From an uncultured Actinomycetes bacterium (GTDB lineage Bacteria > Actinomycetota > Acidimicrobiia > IMCC26256 > DASPTH01), in contig CAWHAR010000002.1 of NCBI GenBank assembly GCA_963827385.1, forward strand, positions 223,656 to 287,655: a stretch of DNA of 64,000 nucleotides, read 5' to 3'. The position numbers and the translations under genes were made by a program. The first letter of the stretch is position 1; the number at the start of each line of letters is the position of its first letter. Shown one piece after another: positions 50,773-62,375 of this stretch. The notes beneath the pieces are model-generated. The model was given only the letters and a program-made list of their open reading frames with translations, was not told the DNA's origin and searched no databases.

Positions 50773-51650
50773 GTGGCAACAGTCGAGAAGCCGCTTCGAA
50801 GTGTCAGCGGGTACCTCGCGCTCGCCGCCGGTGCGATCGTCACGTTCGCGGGGCTGGCCCTCATCGGCGCCGGCTCACCGAGCAACGGCAACAGCAACGA
50901 CGGAACGCCTGCGCTGGTGGTGTTGGGGGTGGTCTTCATCACGGCGGCGGTCGTATCGCTGCGCGGGTTCGTCGTGGTCGCTCCGAACGAGTCGAAGGTC
51001 GCCACGTTGTTCGGTCGATACCGCGGCACCGTACGCGCGGGCTTCCACTGGATCAACCCGTTCACCAGTCGATCCACCGTGTCGCTGCGGGTGCGCAACT
51101 TCGACAGCAGCAGTCTGAAGGTCAACGACGCCGCAGGCAACCCGGTCGAGATAGCGGCGGTGATCAACTGGCAGGTCGCCGATACCGCCACCGCGCTGTT
51201 CGACGTCGAAGACTTCGAGGCATTCGTCAGCATCCAGGCCGAGACCGCGGTCCGTCACGTCGCGAGCGAGTTTCCGTACGAGGCGTACGAGGAGGGGCAG
51301 CTCTCACTGCGTGGGAACGCCGATGACGTCGCAGACACGCTCACCCGCGAGCTCCAGCAGCGGCTCGACATCGCGGGCGTGCACGTACTCGACACGCGAC
51401 TACGCCGGCTCGCGTACACGCCCGAGATCGCGGGCGAGATGCTCCGACGCCAACAGGCCACGGCGGTGGTGGCGGCTCGCCAACTGATCGTCGAAGGCAC
51501 GCTCAGCATGGTGGAGGGCGCCCTCGCAACCTCGAAGCAACCGAGACGATCCGGCTCACGCCTGACCAGCGCGCCAACCTGGTCTCGAACCTCCTGGTCG
51601 TCCTGGTCAGCGACCGCGGTGCGCAGCCAGTGGTGAACAGCGGCGCCTGA
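50773..51650 (+). CDS. SPFH/band-7 domain membrane protein, C-terminal frameshift
   Basis: ORF 50773..51636 ([30 protein letters not shown]...). The manually shifted tail [39 protein letters not shown] ends at TGA 51648-51650. Confidence 0.8.
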
Positions 51651-51692
51651 CCAACGTCCGACGCGGCATCGCCGCGGCGGCGAGCTGCCCGG

Positions 51693-52127
51693 TCAGACGC
51701 CGGTGGAGCCGAAACCAAAGGTGTCACGGGCGGTCGCGTCGAGCTCGTCGACCTCCACCCACTCGACGGCCTCGACCCGCTGCACCACGAGCTGCGCGAT
51801 TCGAGCCCCACGCTCCACTGTGTACGGCATGGTCGGATCGGTGTTCACGAGCAGCACCTTGATCTCACCGCGGTACTGCGCGTCGATCAGCCCCGGCGTG
51901 TTGAGACACGTGACCCCGTGGCGCAGCGCGAGCCCCGACCGCGGCAACACGAACCCGCCGTAGCCCGGCGGGATGGCGATCGCGATGCCGGTGGGCACCA
52001 TGCCGCGGCCGCCAGCAGGCGCGAGCACCACCTCTTCGCGCGCGTGCAGATCGACACCCGCGTCGTCGGTGTGCTGCTGACGCGGCAACGGGAGGTCGGG
52101 ATCGAGACGTACCACGGAGATCTGCAC
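51693..52127 (-). CDS. dut: dUTP diphosphatase
   Basis: 144-aa [35 protein letters not shown] and GFGSTG are canonical dUTPase motifs. Confidence 0.9.
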   Translation of the reverse strand: MQISVVRLDPDLPLPRQQHTDDAGVDLHAREEVVLAPAGGRGMVPTGIAIAIPPGYGGFVLPRSGLALRHGVTCLNTPGLIDAQYRGEIKVLLVNTDPTMPYTVERGARIAQLVVQRVEAVEWVEVDELDATARDTFGFGSTGV

Positions 52128-52147
52128 GGCGAGAACCTACGCGCCGA

Positions 52148-52735
52148 TCACTCGAAGTCGTGGGCCAACTCGGTCCGTTGCTCGTCGGTGAGCTCGGTGC
52201 TCGACTGGTACTCGGCGTGGTCGACCACGATGCGTGCCGCGCCACCCTCACCGTCGGCCAGCAACCCCTTTTGCGCGGGCGTGAACCGGAACTTGAGGTA
52301 GTGCACGGTGGCCGCGACCGTGTCGCGCGTGAGGCGTTCCTCGTCTTCGGGCACGGCATCGACGCGAGAACCGTCGGCGAGCTCGAAGGAGATGTGGTGC
52401 TGCACGTCGACCAGCTTGGGCAGCCACTCGCGCAGCAGCGCGTCGTTGGTGAGCTCGATGAACAACGTGCCCGACAACTCACCGTCGTTCGGAATGAGAT
52501 CGTTGTATGTGGCGATCTCGGTCTCGATCGCCGTGTCGGTGAGCATGCGCTCGGCGCGCGCCATCTCCTGCACTTGGAAGCGCATCGTGTCGGTGTTCTC
52601 GAACACGATGGTGAGCAGGTCGCCAAGCGCGATGCGACGGCGGCGCTTCAAGGCGATGATGCGCGCCCGGAACTCGGGCCGCTCACGTTCGTAGGCGCGA
52701 TGGTCGACGATGTCGTCGACGGTGAGCTTCCTCAT
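52148..52735 (-). CDS. DUF3501 family protein
   Basis: 195-aa ORF (IVFENTDTMRFQVQEMARAERM...TLFIELT). Its position downstream of rubrerythrin is the usual context for this family. Confidence 0.7.
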   Translation of the reverse strand: MRKLTVDDIVDHRAYERERPEFRARIIALKRRRRIALGDLLTIVFENTDTMRFQVQEMARAERMLTDTAIETEIATYNDLIPNDGELSGTLFIELTNDALLREWLPKLVDVQHHISFELADGSRVDAVPEDEERLTRDTVAATVHYLKFRFTPAQKGLLADGEGGAARIVVDHAEYQSSTELTDEQRTELAHDFE

Positions 52736-52837
52736 GACGCCGCTACCCCATTCGCGAACCGGCGTCAGCAGCGTCGGGCAAGCCGACTCTGCTGACGCCA
52801 GTTCGAGTGATGCCGGTTCGTGAACCAGCGAGTGAAC

Positions 52838-53257
52838 TCAGCTGACGTTCTCGAGGCCCTGGGTGAAGCGGCCGGCGTGGCTCTTCTCGGCGCGGGCGAG
52901 CGTCTCGAGCCACTCCGCGATCTCCTCGAGGCCCTCGTCACGCGCCGTGCGCGCGAAGCCCGGGTACATCTCGGAGTACTCGTAGGTCTCACCCTCGATG
53001 GCCGACTTCAGGTTGTCGGTGGTGGCACCCACCGGCACACCCGTCACCGGGTCGCCGACCTCGGCGAGGAAGTCGAAGTGACCGAACGCGTGGCCGGTCT
53101 CACCTTCGGCGACCGAGCGGAAGAGCGCGGCCACATCGGGGTAGCCCTCGACGTCGGCCTTCTGGGCGAAGTAGAGGTAGCGGCGGTTGGCCTGGCTCTC
53201 CCCCGCGAACGCGGCCTTGAGGTTGTCGTGGGTCTGCGTGCCGTTCAGGTCGGGCAT
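52838..53257 (-). CDS. rubrerythrin family protein
   Basis: 139-aa ORF. Di-iron ligand motifs [24 protein letters not shown] and [14 protein letters not shown]...AEKSH. Confidence 0.85.
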   Translation of the reverse strand: MPDLNGTQTHDNLKAAFAGESQANRRYLYFAQKADVEGYPDVAALFRSVAEGETGHAFGHFDFLAEVGDPVTGVPVGATTDNLKSAIEGETYEYSEMYPGFARTARDEGLEEIAEWLETLARAEKSHAGRFTQGLENVS

Positions 53258-53332
53258 GTTGGTGCTCGCTTTCTTGGTTGTCGTTGATCGATCGGATGGA
53301 AGGGTCGTGCACCCGTCGCGGCGATCGGATGT

Positions 53333-53761
53333 TCAGGGCGCGGCGGCGGCACAGGTGTCGCACACCCCGCGGAACACCACCTCGACCGCGTCGACCGTGA
53401 AGTCGCGGCGGTAGCGGCTGGGCACGCGGAGGTCGGCGACATCGACGAGCACGTCGCGCACGGTACCGCAGCGTGTGCACACGAGATGTTGGTGCGAGTG
53501 CTCCACGTTGGGATCGACGCGGAGGCTGCCGGTGCCGACGTCGAGCAGCTCGACCTCGCCCATCGACTCGAGGTCGTGGACGGTCTGGTACACGGTCTTG
53601 CGCGAGATGGTCGGCATCTCGCTGCGCGCCGCGTCGTAGAGCGAGTCGACGGTCGGGTGCGTGTCGACGCCACACAGCAACTTGAAGATGGCCTGGCGCT
53701 GCGGCGTGACGCGCAGTCCGCGCGCTCGGAACTTCGTGGTGAGCTCGTCGGCCGATTTCAC
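53333..53761 (-). CDS. Fur family transcriptional repressor (PerR/Fur-like)
   Basis: 142-aa ORF with GTG start. LRVTPQRQAIFKLL, HQHLVCTRCG and GVCDTC metal-site motifs. Confidence 0.85.
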   Translation of the reverse strand: MKSADELTTKFRARGLRVTPQRQAIFKLLCGVDTHPTVDSLYDAARSEMPTISRKTVYQTVHDLESMGEVELLDVGTGSLRVDPNVEHSHQHLVCTRCGTVRDVLVDVADLRVPSRYRRDFTVDAVEVVFRGVCDTCAAAAP

Positions 53762-53770
53762 ACCACCAAC

Positions 53771-56700
53771 TTATCGTAAATCATTGTCAATAGCGAGCTC
53801 GCCCCCGCTGACCGGCGGTGCGTCAGCCGCGGGATCGGCCTCAACCGGCTCGCCGCGGCGGTGCCACACCCACCCGACGAACACGTCGGTGGCCAGCAGG
53901 GCGACGGCCAACCAACCCAGTTCGGGAACGTCGAGCGCACGCCCGAGCACGACGGCCAAGGGCGCGCCGGCCGAGAGCAGGATCCTGCCGTGGCTGACGC
54001 GCGACGCGATCACCACGGCCACCGCCACCACGGCGCCGACCCACCATCGGCTGACGAACGCGGCGACGAGGCCCGATCCGATGGCGAGGATGCTCAGCAC
54101 CCGAGTCGACGGGGTCCGCCCGACGAACGACATCGGCGACGTCACCTTTGGGGCGGCCGCCAACTCGTCCGACTTGGGGCGGCGCCGCCCCACGAGCACG
54201 AGCACCAGGCACACCAGCACCGCGAACGCGGAGACGCCGAGACCGATCCACACCAGGCGCTGCGGCGTGAAGCTCAGTTTCACATGCATCGTTCCGGCAC
54301 CGGTCGGCGTCACCAGCCACCCGTTGGCGAAGCCGTTCACGAGATGGGACGCGCCCGCGATGCACGCCGAGTCGCCACACACGTCGCCGCTGCCCGAGGC
54401 GCGCCAGCCGTCGCTGTAGCTCTCCCCCAACACCAGCCAGAAGGGACGACCGTCGGTGGTGATGTCGACGCTGTGCGCGCCGCGCCCGTTGCTGACGACC
54501 TTCACCTCGGCGCCTGAGGTGCTGAGCGGCGCGCCGAGCGTGGTGACCGGTGCCGGCGCACCGTCCTTTCCGGACGACAACACCACCTGGTCGAGGTCGA
54601 TCCCGGTGTCGAGACCGGTCGCAGCCACCACGGTGTTGCTGCCCTTCGCCAACGCGACCGACGGCTCACACGCGGTGAGCGTGAGACCGCTGCGCGCGGC
54701 ACGTTGCGTGCCGGTCACCTGCACCGGCAGCGGCGTACCGTTCACCGAGAGCAGGTCGGAACGACACGGGATGTCGATCGTGGCCGGCGCGAGCGGTCGC
54801 GGCACGTTGGCCACCCCAACCTCTGCGATGGCGACCGGCAGCGGCGGCGCGCCGGTGACCTCAGCGCCAGTCATGCCGGCCCGCACTGCCTCGATCGTCA
54901 CGCGCACATCGCTCGCCGTGATCGGATCGATCGGGATGGTGACGGTCTGCGTCGCGTTGCGAGTCGCGGAGTCGACGATCGGGGGAACGGCGACGCTCTG
55001 CACGCGACCACCGCCCTCGACCCGAATCTGCGTCGGTACGGGGTGACGACCATCGGCGACCACCGTCATCGTCAGCTGATCGACCGGCACCGGTGTCGCG
55101 CAGCGCGACCGCCACGTACTGCCCCTCCGACGCGGCGTACGGCGCGATCCACGCGGTCGTCGGGTCCCCGTCGAACGCGCGACGACGCGCGTGCGTCGAG
55201 GTCACCGGCGAGGTGGCCGGAGGCCGAGTACACCGCGCCGGGCCCGGTCGTGCCGAGGAGCGAGTCGAGCAGGGTGTCGTTGGCGTTGGGATCGATGCGC
55301 GCCGTCCCGGTGATCGCGGCGTCGCGCGCGTCAGGAAGGACGAAGCGACGATCGAGGGCGAGCTCCTCGTCGAGACGATCGCGACGTGCGGGCTCGTACC
55401 GCAGGCGAGACAGCACCACGTCGAGCCGATGGCTCGCCGCATCGTTGCCAGTTCGCGTCGCGAGGTCGATCGGGAGCCGCACCGTCTCGTGCACCTTCAC
55501 GTCACCGAGCTCGACTTCGGCGAAGCCCACCACGTTGCGCGGCGCGCCTTCGTCACTCGCCGGATCGATGCTGCCCGCGGGAAGGTTCGCCGCGAGCGGC
55601 TCGACCTCGAGCGTGCTCACGACGTGTCGACGGGAACGACACGACCTGACCGGCAGGGAGACGCGACTCCGGGCCGAGGTCGACCGTGGTCCACGCACCA
55701 CCGTTGAGGCGCACGCGCGCCTTGGTGAGGTAGCGCTCCTGTCCGCCGCTCTGCGGTTGCACCAGGGTCACGTGGTCGGTGGTGACCGGGTCATCCGGTC
55801 GGAGCGTCAGCGTCTGACCGTTCACGTCGCCACCAAATCGCCATGCGGTGCGGAGATCCCCGTCGAAGGCACGAGCAGCGCGGTCGGCCGGACTGAACGA
55901 GTCGGTCGCGTCGGCCGTGCCGCCGCTCTGTTCGACGACGGTGCGTGACGGATCGCCGGTGCCGGGAAACACATTCAACCGGAAGTCGTCGTCGGCCGAC
56001 GACGCGGGTTGGTCGACTCGCTCGGTCGCGCCGGTGTTGTCACGCACCCGGCTGAACCAGCGCTCGCTGCGCTTGCGGTTCGTGTCGGTGAGCACGAGAT
56101 CGGCGTTCGCGCTGAGCGCATGCCGCAGCTGCGCGGCGTCGAGCGAGCCCGTCTCGAGCACGAGTTGACGTCCGTCGAGCAACCCGGCCGCGATCGCGTC
56201 GAGGATGCCGTCGGCGTCGCCGGTCACGAGCACCGGTTGGTCGCTCGGTGCGCTGTGCACGATCGGGACCGGGTTGTCGACGTCGAACAGTGCGACGGGT
56301 GGCGGGTCGACGGCCGACTCGGGCGTTCCCAGTTCCAGCTCGTCGATGATCGGCAGCGCCGGCGGCGGGGGGTTCGGTACCGGATCGCCGAAGGTGTCGG
56401 GCGCGCGCGAAGCCGGCGGGAACCGGATCGGTGAGCAGGTCCCACAAGATGCGCGGTCGCGGCGTGTCGAAGCGTTCAAATGCGAGGTCCGATCGCAGCA
56501 CCACGGTGCCTGCGCCGATCAATCGTGCGTACGACGCCAGCGTCGCGGGATCGAACGTGCCTTCTTGGATGCGATTGTCGAGCGCCACCAGCATGTTCAC
56601 CGATGGTGGTGTGCCGTACGGCAGCACTTCGCGCGACATAGGGACGATCCGTCAATCCGGGCGTGACCGGCTCGATCGCGTTCCCCCACCGATATCCCGC

Positions 56701-58147
56701 GAAGTCGGCACCGGGAATCTCGAGGATGCGCGTGTTGTGGCTCTGCGCGTCGAGCGCCGCGGCGGCGTCGGTCCAGTACGCGGGGAGCGTCTCGGGGCGC
56801 GACACGCCTTCCGACATGAAGCCGATCTTCCACACCGGGCTGAGCGCCGCGAACGCGACGAGCACGACGACGATGCCGGACACCACGGCGATGCGCGTGG
56901 GTGTGGCCCCGCGCGGGAGATGCCACCGCGGACTCGGCCGCCACGTGGCGAGGGCACTCACTGCCGCAGCCAAGAGACCGGCGAGGCCGAGCACGATCAC
57001 GGGCGCGACGCGTGCTGTGTTGCGGAAGGCGAGACCGATCGAGCTGTCGTTGGCGAAGGTCTTGAACACGCTGCCGTACGGGCTCGGATCGTTGTACGGC
57101 CATGCGCCGACACCGATCACCGTGCCGACCACCACCAGCGCGGCGAAGTGTGCGCGGTAACGCCACCGCAGCACCGCAGCCGCGGTGAGCGCGAGCACCG
57201 GAATCGCGAACGTCGCGGCGATCACGCCGGTGTTGTCCACGTAGTAGCGCGCCTGATCGATCGAGTACCCGATCGCATCGAAGCCGTAGAAGAACCAGTT
57301 GCCGAGGCCGCGGAGGAGATCGGTCGGATCGGAGGCTCCGCTCACGGTGCGCAGCGATTCCGTGAGCTGGAGGACCGGAAGCCCGTAGCTCCCCTGAATT
57401 CCGAGCGCGACGATCCACCAGAGCGACGTGGCGCCGGTGAGCACTCCGATCCGGAGCACGGCACCACCCACGGCGCGTGCTGCGGCGCGGCCCCGCGTCG
57501 CCTCGATCGCGAGCCAGATGAGTGGCGCGACCCCCACCAGCAGCAACGACGATGCGTTCACCCCGCCGATCGTGAGCACCACGAGCGCGAACAGCGCGGG
57601 ATCGGTCCATCCGCCACGCTTCGCCGAGCGCATGGCGAGGCCGACGAGCCACGGGAGCCCCGCCCAGGCGAGCAGGATCACCGAGATACGAGCCGTGAAC
57701 GCGAGCTGGTACGGCGTGAGCATGTAGACGAACGCACCCGTCAACGCCCCGACGTGCCGCACCCCGAGGCGACGGAACAGCCAGAGCGCGCCGAGCCCGG
57801 CGGCAAACGAGATCGTGCCGAGCCACAACCGCTGCGCGACCCAGTCGGGCGCGCCCGAGCGCGTCCATGAGCCAGAAGTACGGGCCCATCGGCCACAGGT
57901 AACCGATCTGCTGGTGCGGCACCGTGCCCATCCCGACCTGCGGATCCCACAAGAAGAGGGTGCGCGCGAGATATGCACCAGGGTCGAGGTACAGGTACTG
58001 CTTCGTGTCGCTGCTCAGCTCGCCCGGCGACGAGAGGAGGAACGGCACGTAGGCCACCACGGCCAGAACGACGATCTCGATCAGGCGACCGACACGCGGA
58101 CGACCGACGCCATTGGCGCGCGCCGTCGACGCCGATTCAACCGTCAT
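53771..58147 (-). CDS. alpha-(1->3)-arabinofuranosyltransferase-like (AftD/DUF3367 family) large membrane glycosyltransferase, about 6-7 frameshifts
   Basis: ATG at 58145-58147 (MTVESASTARANG...SSDTKQYLYLDPGAYLARTLFLWDPQVGMGTVPHQQIGYLWPMGPYFW). It continues through ORFs 56476..57978, 56040..56639, 55553..56479, 55072..55701, 54861..55442 (FDGDPTTAWIAPYAASEGQYVAV) and 53771..55090. Confidence 0.7.
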
Positions 58148-58257
58148 TCGGCCCGGGATCGTAGTGCCGCGACGTCGGACAAACCCCGCGCCGTGGCCGC
58201 TATCTCCGTGCGCGACACAGATCCGAACGCGCCCACGCAACCGGATAGATTCCGGCG

Positions 58258-60231
58258 GTGCGCGGCCCGGGAACCGAGAGGTTGAGCGAGCAGACGCGCC
58301 CTGTGCTGCGCCGCTACTGGCCGCTCGCGCTGCTGCTTCTCGCCACGTTCGTGCTCGCGCTCCTCGTGCACCACCTGGTGTTCCCGGCCTACTCGTGGAA
58401 CCGCGACGAACCCGTGTACCTCTGGCAGGTCGCCAACCTCCGCGACGGCCGGATCTTCGCGAGTGGCGGCGCCACGCCACTGTTCTTCCAGCCGTGGTTG
58501 AGCGGCGTGACCGGCAACATGTTCTTCTCCCAGTACACCTTGGGTTGGCCGCTCGTGCTGCTCGTCGGCGACCTGCTCGGGAGCGCGGTCCTCGGCATCG
58601 CCTTCGGTGCTGCGTTGGCGACATTCGGCACGTACTGCCTGGCGCGGGAGCTCACGCGGCAACGACCGCCTGTCGCTGGTCGCCGCCGCGCTCGATGACG
58701 GCGTGTCCGCTCCTGATCGTGCAGAGCGGCGTGTATCTCAGTTATCTGTTCTCGCTCGGGCTCGGTCTGCTGTTCGGCGCGGCGCTGCTCGCCGGCCTCC
58801 GCCGCCGCAGTCGCGGGCTGCTCGTCACCGCCGGCGTGATGATCGGGTACCTGTTCATGACCCGGCCCTTCGACGCGGTGATGTGGGGCGCGGCCTTCGG
58901 CGCATACGCCGTCGTCATCACATGGCGCGATTGGCGCACGCTGGCGCGCGGGATCGGTTGGGCGCTCCTCGGGTTCGTCCCGCTCCTGATCGCCACGTTG
59001 CTCTACAACCGCCACGTCACTGGGAGCCTCACGACGTTCCCGATCGTCGCCGCCGATGCACGCGACACGTTCGGCTTCGGTACCAAGGGAATCGGTACCC
59101 GCTGGCCGAGCACCTACTTCGGACTCGGACGAGCGGTCCGCGGCGTCGCCCACAACCTCTGGGAACTTCCGCCCTTCCTCGTGGGAAGTTGGGTCGGGCT
59201 CGCCGCAGTGTTCGCCGGCCTCTGGCTGCGGCGACGCGACCGCAGCACCCTCGCGCTGCTGTTCGTCGCGCTGGCGTTCGTCGGCGGGTACTTCTTCTTC
59301 TGGGGCATCTACCTGTCGTCGACGTTTGCGTCGGTGTCGGGGCCGATCTACTACATCCCGCTGTACCCGCTCGGGTGCATCCTGATCGCGACCACCCTGC
59401 TCGCACTCTGGGCCCACCGCCGCGCGTTCGGTGTGATCAGCCTTGCGCTGCTCGTCGTGGCGACCGCGCCGTATCTCGTGCAGCGCGTTCGTCACAACTA
59501 CCGGCTCAGCGAGGCGCAGGTGCCGTGGCGCGAACGCGGCGTCACAGGTCGACGGCCGAGCGCTCGTATTCGTCGAGAATTCCGGCCCGTACCTGCTACA
59601 CCTCAACCCGTTCTCCCGCAACAGTGCGGACCTCACCGGACCGATCCTCTATGCGACCGACCGCGGCTTCGAGAACCTCGACCTGATCACTCGACACCCA
59701 GAGCGCACCGCCTACGTCGAGTGGTCCGACGTGCCGCGCGACACCTCGCTCGGCGATCCGAAGGCTCCGGTTCCGAAGATCACCGTCGATCCGGTGACCG
59801 TGATCAACAGCCACGCGTACCGCGTGCACGTGCGACTGACGAACTACTCCGACGCGCCGATCGGGATCCTGTCATTCCGTGTCGGTGCGCAGGAGATCCA
59901 GACCACGCTCAGCACCGACGCCCAGCCGAATCAGACCTTCGAGGCCGACGTCACGCTCACCACGTCGACGGCGGACGCGGGCGCGCCGAACACCTTCGTC
60001 GTGCCGGAGCCGGGCGGCAGCTTGATCATCAGGGCCGGCTTCGCCAGCGCGGCCGACCAGGTCTTCCCCAACGCCCACTACCGCCAGCGTTACGACTTCG
60101 CGGTCAAGGACGGAACCATCTCGGTGATGATGCCGGGTCGCGACTACATCGTGCAGCCGTTCGAGGGGAGTTTCGTGTACCAGCGCATCACCGACTCGCC
60201 CCTGACGTCGACGTTCGTCCCGTTGCCGTAG
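58258..60231 (+). CDS. GT-C fold membrane glycosyltransferase (ArnT/PMT-like), two frameshifts
   Basis: ORF 58258..58698 (RRYWPLALLLLATFVLALLVHH...YSWNRDEPVYLWQ) comes first. The middle of ORF 58113..60692 follows, with many TM helices. ORF 59443..60231, a soluble C-terminal domain, comes last. Confidence 0.55.
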
Positions 60232-60263
60232 CGCCCGTCGACGACCGCGACGGGCCCAAGCAG

Positions 60264-61513
60264 TTACGACTGGGCCCGGTGATGCAGCGCGGCGCGCGCG
60301 AGCACTTCGAGGGTGCCGCGCCGGTGGCTTCCCACGTGAGGGTCTGCGCGTACTCGAGCGCGCTCGCCGACATGCGTGCGCGCAGGTCGTCGTCGCGAAG
60401 GAGCACGTCGAGTGCGCCCGCGAGCTCGTCGCGACCAGTACCGAGCAGACCGGTCTCGCCTTCGATCACCGCGTCGACGAAACCGGGCACCCTGGTCGCG
60501 ACCGACGGGGTGCCACAAGCGGCGGCCTCCGTGATGATCATGCCCCAGCCTTCGCGCGACGACGTCATCGCCAGCGCCCACGCGCGCCGGTACAGATCGA
60601 CCTTCTCGTCGTCGGTGATCCGACCCGGAAGGCTGATCCAGTCGCTCGCGTTGGCTGCCCGCACCTGCGCTTCGAGGTCTTCGCGGCAGTAGCCCTCCCC
60701 CACGATCACCGCGTGGAGCTCGGGGTGCTTCGGCTTCACGGCCACCAGGGCCTCGATCAACAGATCGAAGCGCTTCACCGGCACGAGACGTCCGACGGCG
60801 ACCACGAGTGGCGTGAGCGACTTCTCGCCGCCCGGCGTGTATTCGGCGTCGATGCCCGGTGGCACCACCGTGACCATGTCATCGTGGAACTTGAGGTCGT
60901 GGACGAGCTCGGTGCGACTCGATTCCGACAGGGTCACGATCGGCGTACCGCGGTAGATCGGCGGTGCGAATCGCGATTCGACGAAGTTGCCGAACGCAGC
61001 GAGGCGCGGCGGCAGCGACATCTTCCACATCTCGGCGTGGACGTGGTGGAGCCAGACCACGTGTGGAGTGCGCGACCACACCGGCGAGAAGAACGGCATC
61101 CCGTTCCAGATCTCCACGAGGCCGTCGCGTCCGCCGTGCCAGCCCATCATCTCGCTGAACGCGGCGCGTGGGAAGACCAGGTAGCGGCCGCCCTTGCGGA
61201 TCACCCGATATCCGTCGCGCCAGCTCACCACCGGTCGGTTGGCCGCATACGACGTGCGCATCGTGACCTCGATGCCGGCCTCGGCCCAGAGCGCAGCGAT
61301 GTTCGACACGTGCAGCTCCGAACCACCGGCTTCCGGGTCGTCGAGGTCGCGCCACGCCAGGATGCTCACCCGCTCGAGCCCTGCCTCACCGGCGATGTCG
61401 CCGAGCTTCGCGACCTCGAGTTGGTGGTCGGGACGACCGCTCGGGCCGGCCGCGGCAGCCGCTCCCGCAGCTCTCGTGGTGGCGCCGCGTGGGGGCTTGC
61501 GAGACCGGAGCAT
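60264..61513 (-). CDS. glycosyltransferase family 4 (GT-B), C-terminal frameshift
   Basis: ORF 60188..61513 with GGSELHV and the EGWGMIITEAAACGTPSVATRVPGFVDAVIEGETGLL (E-x7-E) motif. The tail lies in ORF 60264..60581 (GTLEVLARAALHHRAQS). Confidence 0.8.
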
Positions 61514-61574
61514 GATCGGGAAACACTAGGCCTCACACCCTCGTGCGCACGGGACGCGCACGTACACTCCTGCG

Positions 61575-62360
61575 ATGCCGCGCCTCACTGGTGAGCGCCC
61601 GATGGAGGGCTCCACCCCCGATTCACTGCTCGCGTTCCACGATGCCGGGTACCGCGAGATCCGCGATCGCCTGGGCCCTGGGACGGTGCTCGACGTTGGC
61701 TGTGGGGTCGGCACCGAGACGCTCGGGCTGGCCGCGCCCGACCGTCGTGTCATCGGGATCGACTACTCGCCCCAAACTGCCGTCGACGCGGAACGCGACC
61801 TCGGCACCGACGGCCTGCGCTTCGCGGCGATGGACGGCGCGCGACTCGGTGTGCGCGATCACACCATCGACTACGTGTGCTCGTCGCACATCATCGAGCA
61901 CTTCACCACGCCGGAACGCCACGTTGCCGAGCTGGCACGCGTGGCCACCGCCGACGGCGCCACCTTCGTGATCACCCCGAACCGTCCGGCCGACTTCGAG
62001 AATCCGTTCCACGTGTACCTGTTCGAAGCTGACGAGCTGGCGTCGATGTTGCACCTCTTCTTCGACGACGTCCGCGTGTACGGCCTCGAAGGGTCGTCGC
62101 AGCTCCACGAAGACTTCGCCAAGCGGCGCGCCAGCGGCGAGAAGCTGCTGAAGCTCGATCCGTTCCGGCTCCGTCAGAAGGTGCCGCGCAGCTGGTACGT
62201 GTACGGCTACACGCACGTGCTCCCGGTGGTCTACGGGATGCTGGGCTCAGACCGTACCGGCATCGGGTCGGGCCTCGACGCGTCGCACTTCTTCCTGAGC
62301 GACACGATCTCGCCCACCACGCCAGGCCTGTTCGCGGTCGCCCGCAAGCCTCGCATCTGA
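61575..62360 (+). CDS. class I SAM-dependent methyltransferase
   Basis: Intact 261-aa ORF. VLDVGCGVGTETLGLA and IDYVCSSHIIEHF. Confidence 0.8.
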   Translation: MPRLTGERPMEGSTPDSLLAFHDAGYREIRDRLGPGTVLDVGCGVGTETLGLAAPDRRVIGIDYSPQTAVDAERDLGTDGLRFAAMDGARLGVRDHTIDYVCSSHIIEHFTTPERHVAELARVATADGATFVITPNRPADFENPFHVYLFEADELASMLHLFFDDVRVYGLEGSSQLHEDFAKRRASGEKLLKLDPFRLRQKVPRSWYVYGYTHVLPVVYGMLGSDRTGIGSGLDASHFFLSDTISPTTPGLFAVARKPRI

Positions 62361-62375
62361 CGCGTCGGAGCTCGG

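Noticed and set aside
54704-60692. Several long ORFs: 54704..55948 +, 56431..57870 +, 56597..58624 - (most of it), 58389..59636 -, 58607..59686 +, and the ends of 58113..60692
   Set aside because: These are shadow frames of the AftD-like and GT-C genes. Only the segments listed under those features read as membrane or enzyme protein. The rest is Arg/Pro/His-rich.
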